Positions 45,562 to 56,617 of a stretch of 64,000 bases of DNA are shown here, piece after piece (position 1 is the stretch's first letter; each line of letters begins with the position of its first letter). The notes beneath the pieces are model-generated. The model did no database searches, had not been told where the DNA came from, and saw nothing but the letters and a program-made list of their open reading frames with translations. The DNA is from Bacilli bacterium (GTDB lineage: Bacteria > Bacillota_I > Bacilli_A > ML615J-28 > CAG-313): NCBI GenBank assembly GCA_017937305.1, contig JAGBDV010000010.1:5802-69801 (forward strand), read 5' to 3'. A program made the translations under genes and the position numbers.

Positions 45562-45573
45562 AATATAATTTTT

Positions 45574-46245
45574 TTATGCATGAAACTTTCTTTTAATTTG
45601 TTCAAATAACTTTTCTTTAAATATAAATAAGATCATCATTAAAACTATAACACCTAAACTAGAAGAAACTAAGATAGGCCATATGCAATTAGTTTTATTA
45701 ATTCTTATTAACATCAAAATATTTAATAATGAAAGAGTTATTGCGTGATTATAAAATTCTGAAAAGAATAAATTTCCAAAAAACAAAAATACAGCACAAG
45801 TTAATAAGGATGCACTAAGTATTAATGGCATCGTATAATCTAGACTCCAAGAAGCACTACTTACTTGATCTTTATAGGCAAACATATCAATTACTATTAG
45901 TAATGCAATGATCGATATTGTTCCAGTAAATAAAGTTTTACCAATACGCACCCATTTACGCATTGAAAATTGGAACATTATCATTACTGCAAGACACCCT
46001 ACATCTACAATTGCTGCCCAATAACTACCATTAAATGTTAGTAAATTAATCATTGTACAAATTAAGATAGCTGAAACACATGTTGCAAAAACAATTCTTC
46101 TAACTAATTTTCTAATGTTACTAATTTTTTTAATACTTGGATAGTTAACAACATCTAAAGTATCATCATCAATTAAATTTCTTTTACAAAGTGGACAAAC
46201 ATTTGTATGTGTTTCTACTTTTATATTACAACTTTTACAATACAT
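45574..46245 (-). CDS. Zinc-ribbon membrane protein (N-terminal CxxC...CxxC plus about 5 TM)
   Basis: MYCKSCNIKVETHTNVCPLCKR followed by hydrophobic helices. The ATG overlaps the upstream stop (TAATG), with RBS GGAGGA inside the upstream gene. Confidence 0.6.
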   Translation of the reverse strand: MYCKSCNIKVETHTNVCPLCKRNLIDDDTLDVVNYPSIKKISNIRKLVRRIVFATCVSAILICTMINLLTFNGSYWAAIVDVGCLAVMIMFQFSMRKWVRIGKTLFTGTISIIALLIVIDMFAYKDQVSSASWSLDYTMPLILSASLLTCAVFLFFGNLFFSEFYNHAITLSLLNILMLIRINKTNCIWPILVSSSLGVIVLMMILFIFKEKLFEQIKRKFHA

Positions 46246-47522
46246 TAGTTTTCCTCCCATAAGTTACTACTAACTATTACTTCTAGTCCTTGTTGAGATA
46301 AAAACTTGAAGAACTCTTTTTCAATGTCTAATTCTTGAAAAATTCTTGTAACTGATATTTTTGTAACATTATTAAACGATGCAACACAACAACTATGTGT
46401 AGTACTTGCACCTGCTGCAATAAATTCAATATTATCAATATATTCTTCCATAGATTTAGGGGTTTTTACTATTCCAATGTTTGATAAAGAAATAGTTGAT
46501 AAACCTCCAGCTATTTTATTATATCCAATTTTACATGCAAGAATCTTTAAAAACAAAGGACATAATTTTAATGCATATGATGATTCGATTTGCATATTAG
46601 CATTCAAAGTTGCTTGAAGGCTTTCAATATTTAATTGTTCATCATAACTTGACTTAACAGATTCTAAAAAATCATTAAACTCTAAATTAGGCTTTACTTG
46701 TTGAATTAAATAAATATATAATGCAAAATTTCTAAGTGTTTCTGAATTATAGTACTTACGCATATTTACAGGTAAAACAATACTTAATGGTTTATCATTT
46801 TTTGCTTGATGGCGCTTCATGTATAAATAAATTGATCTAAGCATAACAGCACTTATAAACTGCGTAACTGTACAATCATATTTTTTAGAAAGATTCTTTA
46901 AATCATTACTATTTACTCTACCAACAATTAACCCATTACCTGGTGCAAAGAATTTTGTCCCTTTTATAATATATGCTTTAGGTGCTTTAAAACGATCTAA
47001 TTTTTCGCCATTATAATTATCAAAGAAAGAATCAACTGATTCACTTATTTTAGGTTCACTACCTACTTTTATGACTTCATTTAATTCATCTTCCATTTGA
47101 TAACCAATCAATTCTAAATATCTATATACAACAGCCTTACCAAGTTCTAATGCACCTGTTGCATCAGATATTGCATGAAAGACTTCAATAGATATTCTAT
47201 TTTGATAATAGAAGATATCTAAAAGATAACCATTATTTTTATTTTTGTTTTTATATGAACAAAGAAAAGCGTGTTCTTTTTTTACTTCAAACTTTCTTTC
47301 ATTTAGTTCATAATAGTACCAAAAAATTCCAGTACGCATTTTAACAAAGAAAGTTGGAAAACGATATTTTAAATCATCAACAGCATTTTGTAAAATTTCA
47401 GGTTTAATAGTTTCTTTTAAATAAAAACTTACTCTAAATACATTTGCAAAACTTTTTTTAGATACATAAGGAAAAATCTTTCCTGCATTATCTAATTTTA
47501 ACCAACGATCTTTATTTTCCAT
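46245..47522 (-). CDS. HxxxD-motif acyltransferase (condensation / alcohol-acetyltransferase / PapA5-like superfamily)
   Basis: VFHAISDATG matches the HHxxxDG catalytic motif at the expected ~120-aa position. The ~425-aa two-lobe size fits. No signal peptide or TM. Confidence 0.55.
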   Translation of the reverse strand: MENKDRWLKLDNAGKIFPYVSKKSFANVFRVSFYLKETIKPEILQNAVDDLKYRFPTFFVKMRTGIFWYYYELNERKFEVKKEHAFLCSYKNKNKNNGYLLDIFYYQNRISIEVFHAISDATGALELGKAVVYRYLELIGYQMEDELNEVIKVGSEPKISESVDSFFDNYNGEKLDRFKAPKAYIIKGTKFFAPGNGLIVGRVNSNDLKNLSKKYDCTVTQFISAVMLRSIYLYMKRHQAKNDKPLSIVLPVNMRKYYNSETLRNFALYIYLIQQVKPNLEFNDFLESVKSSYDEQLNIESLQATLNANMQIESSYALKLCPLFLKILACKIGYNKIAGGLSTISLSNIGIVKTPKSMEEYIDNIEFIAAGASTTHSCCVASFNNVTKISVTRIFQELDIEKEFFKFLSQQGLEVIVSSNLWEEN

Positions 47523-47533
47523 AAAATCACCTT

Positions 47534-48760
47534 TTACATCACTTCTTTAAGTACCATCACAAGTTCGTCAATCTCACTAATATTTAAACTACATACAGCA
47601 ATTCTAACAATATCATCTGCTATCGGAATTAAATAAGTATGTTGTTCTTTTAATTTTTCACAAATATCGTATGAATCACTACAAGGTAAGCAAACAAAGA
47701 ACCCACTCTTATATGGTAAATGTTTTATATTAGTTTCATTTAATTTATTAATAAAATAAGTTGTTCTTTCTTTTAATGTAATAGTATTATTATAAATTTC
47801 ATTACTTAATTTATCAATATCTTCACCTAGTAAAGCATTTCCCAAACAGTTTAAAGCTGGACCATTTGGTGAAGAATAAGTACCTCTAATTTGTGATTCA
47901 ATTGCAGCAGTAATATTACTTGCTAATTCTTCATCTTTTATAAATGTAAATATTGCACCTACTCTAAACCCATACATTCCAAATACTTTTGAACATGATG
48001 CTGCAAATACAGGTAAGAATTTAACTTCATTATTAAATAAATTATTAAATATTTTATGAACTTGTTTATTGTTACCATCATAATCTAAATAAGCAATATC
48101 ATAAATAACAGTAATGTTTACTTTTTCACTTAACTTATTTAACTTTTTAATTAATCTTACATGTTCTTCATCACTTAAGCTATATCCTGTAGGGTTTTGA
48201 CATGGATCATTTAACACTATTAATATATTAGATTGTGATCCGCTATATTCTTCAATTTTTGTACATAGATTTGTAATATTAAAATTTCCTTCACTATTAA
48301 ACAGTTGATATGTATCATATTTTAAACCTGCTTTTTTTGCAATAAGTTTATAATTACCCCACATAATACTAGGAAGTAATACTACTTGATTTGGATCTAA
48401 GAAAATATTAAACGCAATAGATAATGCTCCAGTACCACCTAGTGTTGCACCAAATGGAATATAGTATTCATTAATACGTTTTTCATATTGATCTTTTAAA
48501 TACCATTTAAGTAACCCTTCTTTAAATGCAGGATAACCAGTAATTGGCGCATATCCAACATTTTTAGTTACATTATTATTTAAATTATCAATTACAGCAG
48601 GAACAGTATTAATAGATTTGTCATCATTTAAGAATACACCAATTGTTGCATCAATAACATGATTACCTAATGCTTTATCAGCTTTTGCCATTGCTCCAAT
48701 TTTTAAAATGTCACTTTTCATCTTTCCTTTTGATCTGTTTGCAATATAATTATTATTCAT
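47534..48760 (-). CDS. AspC/TyrB-type (class I) PLP aminotransferase
   Basis: Carries ASCSKVFGMYGFRVGA (compare E. coli AspC SYSKNFGLYNERVG), NDPCQNPTG, and N-terminal IDATIGV. Confidence 0.8.
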   Translation of the reverse strand: MNNNYIANRSKGKMKSDILKIGAMAKADKALGNHVIDATIGVFLNDDKSINTVPAVIDNLNNNVTKNVGYAPITGYPAFKEGLLKWYLKDQYEKRINEYYIPFGATLGGTGALSIAFNIFLDPNQVVLLPSIMWGNYKLIAKKAGLKYDTYQLFNSEGNFNITNLCTKIEEYSGSQSNILIVLNDPCQNPTGYSLSDEEHVRLIKKLNKLSEKVNITVIYDIAYLDYDGNNKQVHKIFNNLFNNEVKFLPVFAASCSKVFGMYGFRVGAIFTFIKDEELASNITAAIESQIRGTYSSPNGPALNCLGNALLGEDIDKLSNEIYNNTITLKERTTYFINKLNETNIKHLPYKSGFFVCLPCSDSYDICEKLKEQHTYLIPIADDIVRIAVCSLNISEIDELVMVLKEVM

Positions 48761-48826
48761 AATAAATCCTCCTGTAATTTTTTTTATTAGTATAACAAAT
48801 AAATATTAATTATTTTTAAATATTGC

Positions 48827-51157
48827 TTAATTAAAATCATCTAAATCAATAAAAGTTTCAACTGCACCTAAATCATCTTCTAAAGAATCTAATGATTCAA
48901 ATTTTTTTAATTCATCTTTTATTGATGTAGCATGTAAATATTTTTTTAATTCTTCCTTAAGAATTGTTCTTCTTTCTATTTCTATTCTTCTTATTCCATA
49001 CTGCATTGCACTAGGGTCTCCTATTAAAAGAAGAGTCTTCTTTGCTCTAGTAATAGCAGTATAAATTAATTTTCTTTTTAACATAATATAATACTGATTA
49101 GTAAATGGCATAATTACTAAATCAAACTCTGAACCTTGAGACTTATGAATACTTATTGCATAAGCAAGTGTTAAATCATCAAGTTCTTCTAAAGTATACG
49201 AAACTTTATGAGTATCAAAATTAACTTCAACTCCTGAAAGCAAATCATTTTTCCTAATAAAACTTACGATATATCCAATATCTCCATTCATTATTCCTTT
49301 TTCAGCACGATTAACTAGTTGAATAACTTTATCATTTATTCTAAAGACCCTATTTAAATGTTTTAATTCACCAAGTTCAGTAAGCGGATTGATTGAATCT
49401 TGAATTTTATTATTGATTTCATTTATTCCAGATTCACCCTTATACATTGGTATTAAAACTTGAGTATCTTTTATTGATTTACCTTTATCAATAGCTTTTT
49501 TATATAAATCTACAACCATTGAAGGAAGTGCTTCACTTGATGTTGCAATAAAATTACGGTCACTTAGTTTTTCTAAAATGTTTTCAGGCAAAATTCCTTC
49601 ATTTACATTGTGTGCTAGTTTAATAATACTTGAATCTTCAGCTTGTCTATGAATTTTAGTAAGTCTTACAGTTTTTATTTCTTTTGAATCAATTAAATCT
49701 TTCAATACTTGACCAGGTCCAACCGATGGAAGTTGATCCACATCTCCTACAATAATTAATCTTGCATCATCATGCATTGAAGTAATTAAACGAGAAGCAA
49801 GTGGTAAATCCATCATTGATGCTTCATCAACAATTATTAGTCTTGCAGACGTTTTATTATTTTTACTATATTCAAAATAATTTTCACCTTGATAACCTAA
49901 GAATTTATGAATAGTTGATGCATTCATATTAGTTGATTCTTTTAATCTCTTAGCAGCACGTCCTGTTGGAGCAAGTAATGCTATACTTTCGGCAAGAGTA
50001 GAATTATCACCATTTAGCCTTAAATACATTTTTAATATTGCATGAACAATTGTTGTTTTACCTGTACCAGGACCACCTGTAATTATCACAATAGGTTCAG
50101 TGAAAGCCATTAAAATTGCTTCTTCTTGTTCTTTAGAAAATTCAATATGGCTTTCTTTTTTTATTTTAGTAAAAATCTTTTCAATCTTTTCACTATCATA
50201 TTTCTTAATACCATCGCTACTTCGTTCATCTTTAAGTAAACTTGCAAGTTCTTTTGCAAGATCAACTTCTGCAATATAATTATTGTAATCATAAATATTA
50301 TTTAACTCATCAATATGGATCTTCTTTTCACTAAATAGCATATTAAGTACATCTTGGTACTTTTCTTTTTCTATTTCTTCACCAGTATACTTATTAACTG
50401 CAATATATAAATCATTTTTATTTATGTAACTATTGCCAGATGAATATAATACTTCTTTTAAACAAAAACAAAGAAGTGCTTTAAGTCTACATATAGCAGT
50501 TTTTGGGATACCTAAACTTGATGCTAAAGCATCAGCTTTCTTAAACCCAAAACGCTCAACTTTATCAATTAGTATATAAGGGTTTTCTTTTACTATATCA
50601 ATTACATTTAAGCCCTCTAAAACACTAATAATCTTATTTGCCATATCAATCGTTACACCATGATTAAGTAAAAAGATTATAGCATTTTGTGTTGTATCAT
50701 CTTTAATAACCCCTGTTTTTATAACAGTTTTTTGTTTTAAAGAAATATCTATTTTATCTAAGCAGTTTGGATCTTTCTTAATTTTAGCTAAAGCTTCAAT
50801 TCCTAAAGCTTCAACTACTTGCGTTGCAGCTTTTAATCCTACTCCAGGAAATAAATCACTCGATAAATAATTGATAATACCATATGGTGATTCAAAGTCT
50901 TTACGCTTAAAGCTAGAAAATTTAAACTGAAGACCGAACTTAGGATCTTTTACAAAATCACCTTCTAAAATATACTCTTCTTCTTCAACAGGCATTCTGT
51001 CAAAAACCCCAACAACAGTTGTTTTATTTCCCATTATTTTAGCTTTTTTAACACTAATAGGAATTTTATTAAAATCAATTAAAAAAGAAGCGACTGTATA
51101 GCCGTTTTCTTTATTATGGAATAATACTCGTTCAATCATTCCTTCTAACTTGTCCAT
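48827..51157 (-). CDS. recD2: RecD2-type SF1B DNA helicase
   Basis: N-terminal OB/HhH region. Walker A GGPGTGKTT, Walker B IVDEASM, VGD.DQLPSVG.G, and C-terminal AI.IHKSQGSE...YTA.TRAK. Confidence 0.9.
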   Translation of the reverse strand: MDKLEGMIERVLFHNKENGYTVASFLIDFNKIPISVKKAKIMGNKTTVVGVFDRMPVEEEEYILEGDFVKDPKFGLQFKFSSFKRKDFESPYGIINYLSSDLFPGVGLKAATQVVEALGIEALAKIKKDPNCLDKIDISLKQKTVIKTGVIKDDTTQNAIIFLLNHGVTIDMANKIISVLEGLNVIDIVKENPYILIDKVERFGFKKADALASSLGIPKTAICRLKALLCFCLKEVLYSSGNSYINKNDLYIAVNKYTGEEIEKEKYQDVLNMLFSEKKIHIDELNNIYDYNNYIAEVDLAKELASLLKDERSSDGIKKYDSEKIEKIFTKIKKESHIEFSKEQEEAILMAFTEPIVIITGGPGTGKTTIVHAILKMYLRLNGDNSTLAESIALLAPTGRAAKRLKESTNMNASTIHKFLGYQGENYFEYSKNNKTSARLIIVDEASMMDLPLASRLITSMHDDARLIIVGDVDQLPSVGPGQVLKDLIDSKEIKTVRLTKIHRQAEDSSIIKLAHNVNEGILPENILEKLSDRNFIATSSEALPSMVVDLYKKAIDKGKSIKDTQVLIPMYKGESGINEINNKIQDSINPLTELGELKHLNRVFRINDKVIQLVNRAEKGIMNGDIGYIVSFIRKNDLLSGVEVNFDTHKVSYTLEELDDLTLAYAISIHKSQGSEFDLVIMPFTNQYYIMLKRKLIYTAITRAKKTLLLIGDPSAMQYGIRRIEIERRTILKEELKKYLHATSIKDELKKFESLDSLEDDLGAVETFIDLDDFN

Positions 51158-51185
51158 ACTAGTCGCTCCTTTCTATTATATTTAA

Positions 51186-52328
51186 TTAATAACGTCTTTT
51201 CACATCATCCATATAAACTTCATCAATTGTTCCACCGCCAAGACAGTATTCACCATCATAGAATACACATGCTTGACCTGGAGTGATAGCTTTAGATGGT
51301 TCATATGTATTAACTTCTAATGTATCATCATCAATCCATTTAACCCAAACTTTGACATCAGCTTGACGATATCTAAATTTTGCAGTCATAACTTGTCCAT
51401 CAGTAAACTTTTCATTAATAATATTTATACCACGAACAATAACTCTATTTGCAAATAAAAGCTCTGTTTCACTACCTTGACCAACAATTAAATGATTTTT
51501 TGATGCATCTTTTCCACATACAAACCAAGCTTCTCCTGGCCCACCAATACCAAGTCCATGACGTTGTCCTATTGTATAATACATTACACCATCATGACGG
51601 CCTACTACTTCACCACTAGTATTTACAATATCACCAGGATTTGCAGGAATATAGTTCATCAAAAATTCTTTAAAGTTTCTTTCACCAATAAAACAAACAC
51701 CAGTTGAGTCTTTTTTAGTCGCAACACTTAATTCATATTTTGCTGCAAGAGCTCTTACATCTTTCTTTTCTAGCTCTCCGATAGGAAATAATACATTAGC
51801 AATTTGTTTGCTAGAAAGCTGTGAAAGGAAGTAAGTTTGGTCTTTATTAGCATCAAGTCCTCTTAAAAGATAGTGTTTATCACCATCATGAATTACTCTT
51901 GCATAGTGTCCCATTGCAATATAATCAGCACCTAAAGATGCTGCTTTATTTAAGAATGCTTTAAATTTTATTTCTTTATTGCATAAAATATCAGGGTTCG
52001 GTGTACGATTTTTTCTGTATTCTGCTAAGAAATATTCAAATACAGAGTCCCAATATTCTTGTATAAAATCAACTCGATGAAGCTTAATTCCTAGTTTTTC
52101 AGCTACACTTTTCGCATCTTGATAATCTTTTTCTTGAGGACATACTTCATCCATAACAGTAGGATTACCTAGTAAATCATTGTTTAAAGCACTATCCCAA
52201 TTACGCATATACATAGCTTCAACATGATATCCTTCTTCAATTAATTTAATACAACTTGAAGCAGAATCTACGCCACCTGATAGACCTACAATAACTAATG
52301 TATCCTTTTTTTCTTTGATAGTACTCAT
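51186..52328 (-). CDS. mnmA: tRNA-specific 2-thiouridylase
   Basis: PP-loop GLSGGVDSA, plus NPD..CN..IKF and DQTYFL. Start set to ATG 52328 (RBS AGGTGA overlapping the uvrB stop). Confidence 0.9.
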   Translation of the reverse strand: MSTIKEKKDTLVIVGLSGGVDSASSCIKLIEEGYHVEAMYMRNWDSALNNDLLGNPTVMDEVCPQEKDYQDAKSVAEKLGIKLHRVDFIQEYWDSVFEYFLAEYRKNRTPNPDILCNKEIKFKAFLNKAASLGADYIAMGHYARVIHDGDKHYLLRGLDANKDQTYFLSQLSSKQIANVLFPIGELEKKDVRALAAKYELSVATKKDSTGVCFIGERNFKEFLMNYIPANPGDIVNTSGEVVGRHDGVMYYTIGQRHGLGIGGPGEAWFVCGKDASKNHLIVGQGSETELLFANRVIVRGINIINEKFTDGQVMTAKFRYRQADVKVWVKWIDDDTLEVNTYEPSKAITPGQACVFYDGEYCLGGGTIDEVYMDDVKRRY

Positions 52329-52333
52329 ATAAA

Positions 52334-54313
52334 TCACCTACTTTTTAGTTCAAATATGATATCACGAAGTTGCATTGCCTCTTCAAATTCAAGGTTTTTA
52401 GCAGCTTCTTTCATTTGTTTTTCTAATTTTTCAATTAGTTTATGTTGTTCAATTTTGCTTAATTTACGATAATCTTCAACTGTAATCTCATCATAAACAT
52501 TAGCACTTACATCATTTATAATAGTAACTTCTTCACCAATATCTTTAATAATTGTCTTAGGAATTATGTTATTTATTCTATTATATTCTTCTTGAATCTT
52601 ACGTCTACGAGATGTTTCTTCAATACATTTTTTCATACTATCTGTCATATTATCAGCATAGAATATTACTTTACCATTTGCATTTCTCGCAGCACGACCC
52701 GTTGTTTGAATTAACGATCTACTACTTCTTAAGAATCCTTCTTTATCAGCATCTAATATACAGATTAAACTTACCTCTGGAATGTCTAACCCTTCTCTTA
52801 AAAGGTTAATTCCAACTAAAACATCAAAAGTACCTTTTCTTAACTTTCTAATAATCTCAAGTCGTTCTAAAGCTTTAATTTCTGAATGTAAATAAGCAAC
52901 TTTAATACCTGCTTCTTTTAAATAAGCAGTTAAATCTTCACTCATTTTAATCGTTAATGTTGTAATTAAAACTCTTTCATTATTTTTAATACGTTCTTTA
53001 ATATCAAACATAATACGGTCAATCTGACCCTTAGTAGGACGAACTTCAATTAATGGATCAAGTAATCCTGTTGGTCTAATAATTTGTTCTATTACTTCTG
53101 CACTACGTGATAATTCATAATCACCAGGAGTAGCAGAAACATAAATAACTTGATTAATCTTAGATTCAAATTCTTCAAAATTAAGTGGACGATTATCAAG
53201 AGCAGAAGGAAGTCGGAAACCATAATCAACAAGTGTTTGTTTTCGGCTTCTATCACCATTAAACATACCTCTAACTTGAGGGATTGTCGCATGAGATTCA
53301 TCAATTACAAGTAAATAATCTTTTCCAAAAAAGTCAATCAATACAGATGGAGTTTCTCCAGCATCACGAAGTGATAAATGACGTGAATAGTTTTCAACAC
53401 CGCTACAACTTCCAATTTCTTTTAACATTTCAATATCATAACAAGTTCGTTGGTGAATTCTTTCTTCTTCTAAAAGTTTCCCATTATCATGAAAATACTT
53501 TTCTCTTTCTTTTAGTTCTTCTTCAATTCTTCTAATTGCTTCTTCTTTTTTATCATCGCTTAAAACAAAGTGAGTAGCTGGAAAGATTGAAATAACTTCA
53601 GATATTCTTAAAACTTTACCAGTAACAGTATCAAACACACATATTTTTTCAATTTCATCATCAAAGAAAGTAACACGAATAGCCTCTGATTTTTGGCTTG
53701 TAGGTAAGATATCTACATTATCACCTTTTACTCTAAAAGTACCACGACCAAATTCAATATTATTTCTTAAAAACTGCATTGAAACTAATTTTTCTAATAA
53801 ATCGTTACGTTTAATTCTTTGACCACATCTTAAAACTAACATCGAGTTTTTATAATCTTCAGGATCACCAATACCATAAATACAAGATACACTTGCAACA
53901 ATTACTACATCACGACGCTCTAAGATAGCAGCAGTAGCAGCATGACGCATTTGATCTATTTCATCATTAATACTAGAATCTTTTTCAATATACATATCTT
54001 TAGATGGAACATAAGCTTCTGGTTGATAATAATCATAATAAGAAATAAAATATTCCACCATATTTTCAGGAAATAAAGCTTTAAACTCTGCATAAAGCTG
54101 TCCAGCTAATGTTTTATTATGAGCTAAAACTAATGTTGGTTTATTAACATTCGCAATAACATTTGCAATAGTAAATGTTTTACCGGTACCTGTAGCTCCA
54201 AGAAGAGTTTGCTCAGGTACACCTGCCAAGACATTCTCTGTAAGCCTCCTTATAGCTTCTGGTTGGTCTCCATAAGGAGCGAATTTCGAAACAAGCTTGA
54301 ATTTATTTTCCAT
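52334..54313 (-). CDS. uvrB: Excinuclease ABC subunit B
   Basis: Carries [18 protein letters not shown], and the C-terminal UVR domain (A..LEFE.A...RD.I..L). Confidence 0.97.
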   Translation of the reverse strand: MENKFKLVSKFAPYGDQPEAIRRLTENVLAGVPEQTLLGATGTGKTFTIANVIANVNKPTLVLAHNKTLAGQLYAEFKALFPENMVEYFISYYDYYQPEAYVPSKDMYIEKDSSINDEIDQMRHAATAAILERRDVVIVASVSCIYGIGDPEDYKNSMLVLRCGQRIKRNDLLEKLVSMQFLRNNIEFGRGTFRVKGDNVDILPTSQKSEAIRVTFFDDEIEKICVFDTVTGKVLRISEVISIFPATHFVLSDDKKEEAIRRIEEELKEREKYFHDNGKLLEEERIHQRTCYDIEMLKEIGSCSGVENYSRHLSLRDAGETPSVLIDFFGKDYLLVIDESHATIPQVRGMFNGDRSRKQTLVDYGFRLPSALDNRPLNFEEFESKINQVIYVSATPGDYELSRSAEVIEQIIRPTGLLDPLIEVRPTKGQIDRIMFDIKERIKNNERVLITTLTIKMSEDLTAYLKEAGIKVAYLHSEIKALERLEIIRKLRKGTFDVLVGINLLREGLDIPEVSLICILDADKEGFLRSSRSLIQTTGRAARNANGKVIFYADNMTDSMKKCIEETSRRRKIQEEYNRINNIIPKTIIKDIGEEVTIINDVSANVYDEITVEDYRKLSKIEQHKLIEKLEKQMKEAAKNLEFEEAMQLRDIIFELKSR

Positions 54314-55202
54314 TATTTACATAATATACAACATTCTTTGGATTAAGTTCATCATAAAGAATATCGATATATTGTTCTTGAGTATTTGTATAAAGGTATG
54401 AATTTAAACTACAATTTACCTTTTCACCAGAATTTGTAAAGAATTCAATTTCAAGTAAAGATTCTTTAACGCCTTGTGCATTTTTAGATTTACCAAATTT
54501 AAATGTTTTTACTTCTGCAGTACCTTTAACACCACAAATTTTTAAATAAGCAGTTTTATGTTCAGCTGATAAACCAAATAATCTTTCTTTAATATATGTA
54601 AATAACATTAAATAAAACATCACCATAATAAGTAAGTAGATACCCGATAAACAAGGAGTAGCACCTTCTACAATAGTATCAAGACCTCTAGTAGATTCAA
54701 TAAATGGACGACCATTCCACTCTAAACCAATTAAACCAGTTTTTTCACAAGGACTAATAACTGAAGTAAGAACAATCCCTGCAATATAAGCACCACCACC
54801 AAATAATAATGTATCAGTAAAGATAGGACCAGCTTGAAGACCCATTTTTTGTCCTTCTAAATATGTTGGAAAACATGTAACGTTTTTAACACCATCAAGT
54901 TTAGGATAATAAACTTTAACACTTTGGCCTTCGTAATATTGATCATTAAATTCTTTTTGCGTAAGTTCAAATAATTCTGTAAACTTTAACATATTTACTT
55001 TAGAAACATATTCAACACGAACATAAACACGGTTTTTATGATTAATAACTTCTACCACTTTACCTTCAACAAAATCAGGATCAAGTTTCATTAATTTATT
55101 AATCTTTAATGCTCTAACAAGATTAACAATTATATTTGCAAGAAAAACCCCTGCAGCAGCCATAGATAAAATAACAACTAATAAATTAAAAATAAAATTC
55201 AT
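54303..55202 (-). CDS. Membrane protein with two TM-plus-beta-domain modules (DUF3592-like), function unknown
   Basis: Hydrophobic helices at the N-terminus and mid-protein, each followed by a ~90-aa beta-rich segment. It overlaps the uvrB start by 11 nt. Confidence 0.5.
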   Translation of the reverse strand: MNFIFNLLVVILSMAAAGVFLANIIVNLVRALKINKLMKLDPDFVEGKVVEVINHKNRVYVRVEYVSKVNMLKFTELFELTQKEFNDQYYEGQSVKVYYPKLDGVKNVTCFPTYLEGQKMGLQAGPIFTDTLLFGGGAYIAGIVLTSVISPCEKTGLIGLEWNGRPFIESTRGLDTIVEGATPCLSGIYLLIMVMFYLMLFTYIKERLFGLSAEHKTAYLKICGVKGTAEVKTFKFGKSKNAQGVKESLLEIEFFTNSGEKVNCSLNSYLYTNTQEQYIDILYDELNPKNVVYYVNNGK

Positions 55203-55213
55203 ATTTAACTCCT

Positions 55214-55672
55214 TTACTTATGATATTCTTTATTATTAATAATCGTTAATGCACGATAAATTTGTTCAGTTAAGATTAATCTCATTAACTGATGTGGAAA
55301 AGTAAATTTAGAAAAAGATAAATGATAATTACTTCTTTTAATTACATCTACACTTAATCCATTAGATCCACCTATTACAAAAGTAATTTTAGAATAACCA
55401 TATGTAAATTTTTCTTCAATTAATTTTGCAAGATCCACACTATCAATCATCTTACCTTGTATTTCCAAAGTAACAACAAATTCATCTTCACTAATTTTAC
55501 TTAATAAATTCTTTCCCTCTTCAAAGATATTTTTAAAAATGTCCGAAGTATTTACTTCTTTAACTTCAACAATACTAAATTTAGAATACCCTTCAATTCT
55601 TTTTTGATATTCACATATTCCTTCAGTAAAGAATTTTTCTTTAATTTTACCAACACATAGTATTTTAATCAT
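55214..55672 (-). CDS. rlmH: 23S rRNA (pseudouridine1915-N3)-methyltransferase
   Basis: MIKILCVGK.K......EY.KR. The SPOUT C-terminus reads FVIGG..G.........LS.S..TFPHQL.R..L.EQ.YR. The start overlaps the upstream stop (ATGATTAA). Confidence 0.9.
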   Translation of the reverse strand: MIKILCVGKIKEKFFTEGICEYQKRIEGYSKFSIVEVKEVNTSDIFKNIFEEGKNLLSKISEDEFVVTLEIQGKMIDSVDLAKLIEEKFTYGYSKITFVIGGSNGLSVDVIKRSNYHLSFSKFTFPHQLMRLILTEQIYRALTIINNKEYHK

Positions 55673-56468
55673 CTTCTTCTCCAATAATAACTATAGGATG
55701 TTCATTATATTGATATGCAACACTTAAATTAAATGTTGGTTTATTATCAAAAGCCACATTAACATAATCGTATGCTAAATCATAATCATTACATTCTTCA
55801 CTAATATGTCCTAGAATAATATTTTTATTATTATTACTAATAAAATGCTTTAAATGTTTAACACACTCTTCATTAGACATATGACCATTATTACTAAGAA
55901 TTCGATTCTTCAAAATCCAAGGTCTATTACTATTAAGTAACATTTCAACATCATGATTAGATTCTATCAAAATAGTATTAATATAAGATAAAATTTTATA
56001 ATATTTCTTATCAATATATCCAGTATCTGTAATTGTCGCAAAACTAATATTCTTATCTATATTTAATTCTTTCATCATATATCCTAAACAAGAATAAGTA
56101 TCATGAGAAAGTTTCATCGGAATAACAGATAAATCTTTAATATTGTATTTCTTATCAGCTTTAATAAACACTTTAGGAAAATTTACTAAATTTCCTCTTA
56201 AACGATTATTTGCTTCAAGATATGTATTTTCTTCAATATATAAAGTAGCAGAAGTTTTAGAAAGGATAGAAACAAGTTCTTTAATATGATCAGTATGCTC
56301 ATGAGTAATAAACACTGCATCTAAACTACCAAAAGTAATTCCTTGATTTTTAAGTCTATTTCTTACTTGCAGTAGACTTAGACCAGTATCAATTAAAACT
56401 TTAGTTTCTTTAGTTTCAATATATGTAGAATTCCCTTTAGAACCACTTCCTAATACAACTACTTTCAT
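55665..56468 (-). CDS. YycJ/WalJ-like MBL-fold hydrolase
   Basis: Carries MKVVVLGSGSKGNSTYIE......LID.G and ITHEHTDH. It shows the conserved pairing with rlmH. Confidence 0.8.
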   Translation of the reverse strand: MKVVVLGSGSKGNSTYIETKETKVLIDTGLSLLQVRNRLKNQGITFGSLDAVFITHEHTDHIKELVSILSKTSATLYIEENTYLEANNRLRGNLVNFPKVFIKADKKYNIKDLSVIPMKLSHDTYSCLGYMMKELNIDKNISFATITDTGYIDKKYYKILSYINTILIESNHDVEMLLNSNRPWILKNRILSNNGHMSNEECVKHLKHFISNNNKNIILGHISEECNDYDLAYDYVNVAFDNKPTFNLSVAYQYNEHPIVIIGEEDD

Positions 56469-56496
56469 TATATTAAATACTCCTTACTAACTATCT

Positions 56497-56525
56497 ATTA
56501 TACCATTAATTGATTAATTTTTCAA
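56497..56525 (-). promoter_or_regulatory. Sigma-A-type promoter for yycJ-like/rlmH
   Basis: TTGAAA -17 nt- TGgTATAAT. Confidence 0.55.
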
Positions 56526-56574
56526 GTTATATATGAAGAAACTAAAAATTAAAAATCACCGTTAAACATATATA

Positions 56575-56603
56575 AAAGAAAAAACCTCTATAAAGAGGTT
56601 TAT
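56575..56603 (-). terminator. Terminator of the 29-aa ORF
   Basis: Stem aaacctct/agaggttt with loop ataa, followed by a T-rich run on the minus strand. Confidence 0.6.
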
Positions 56604-56617
56604 TTTAAAATACTATT

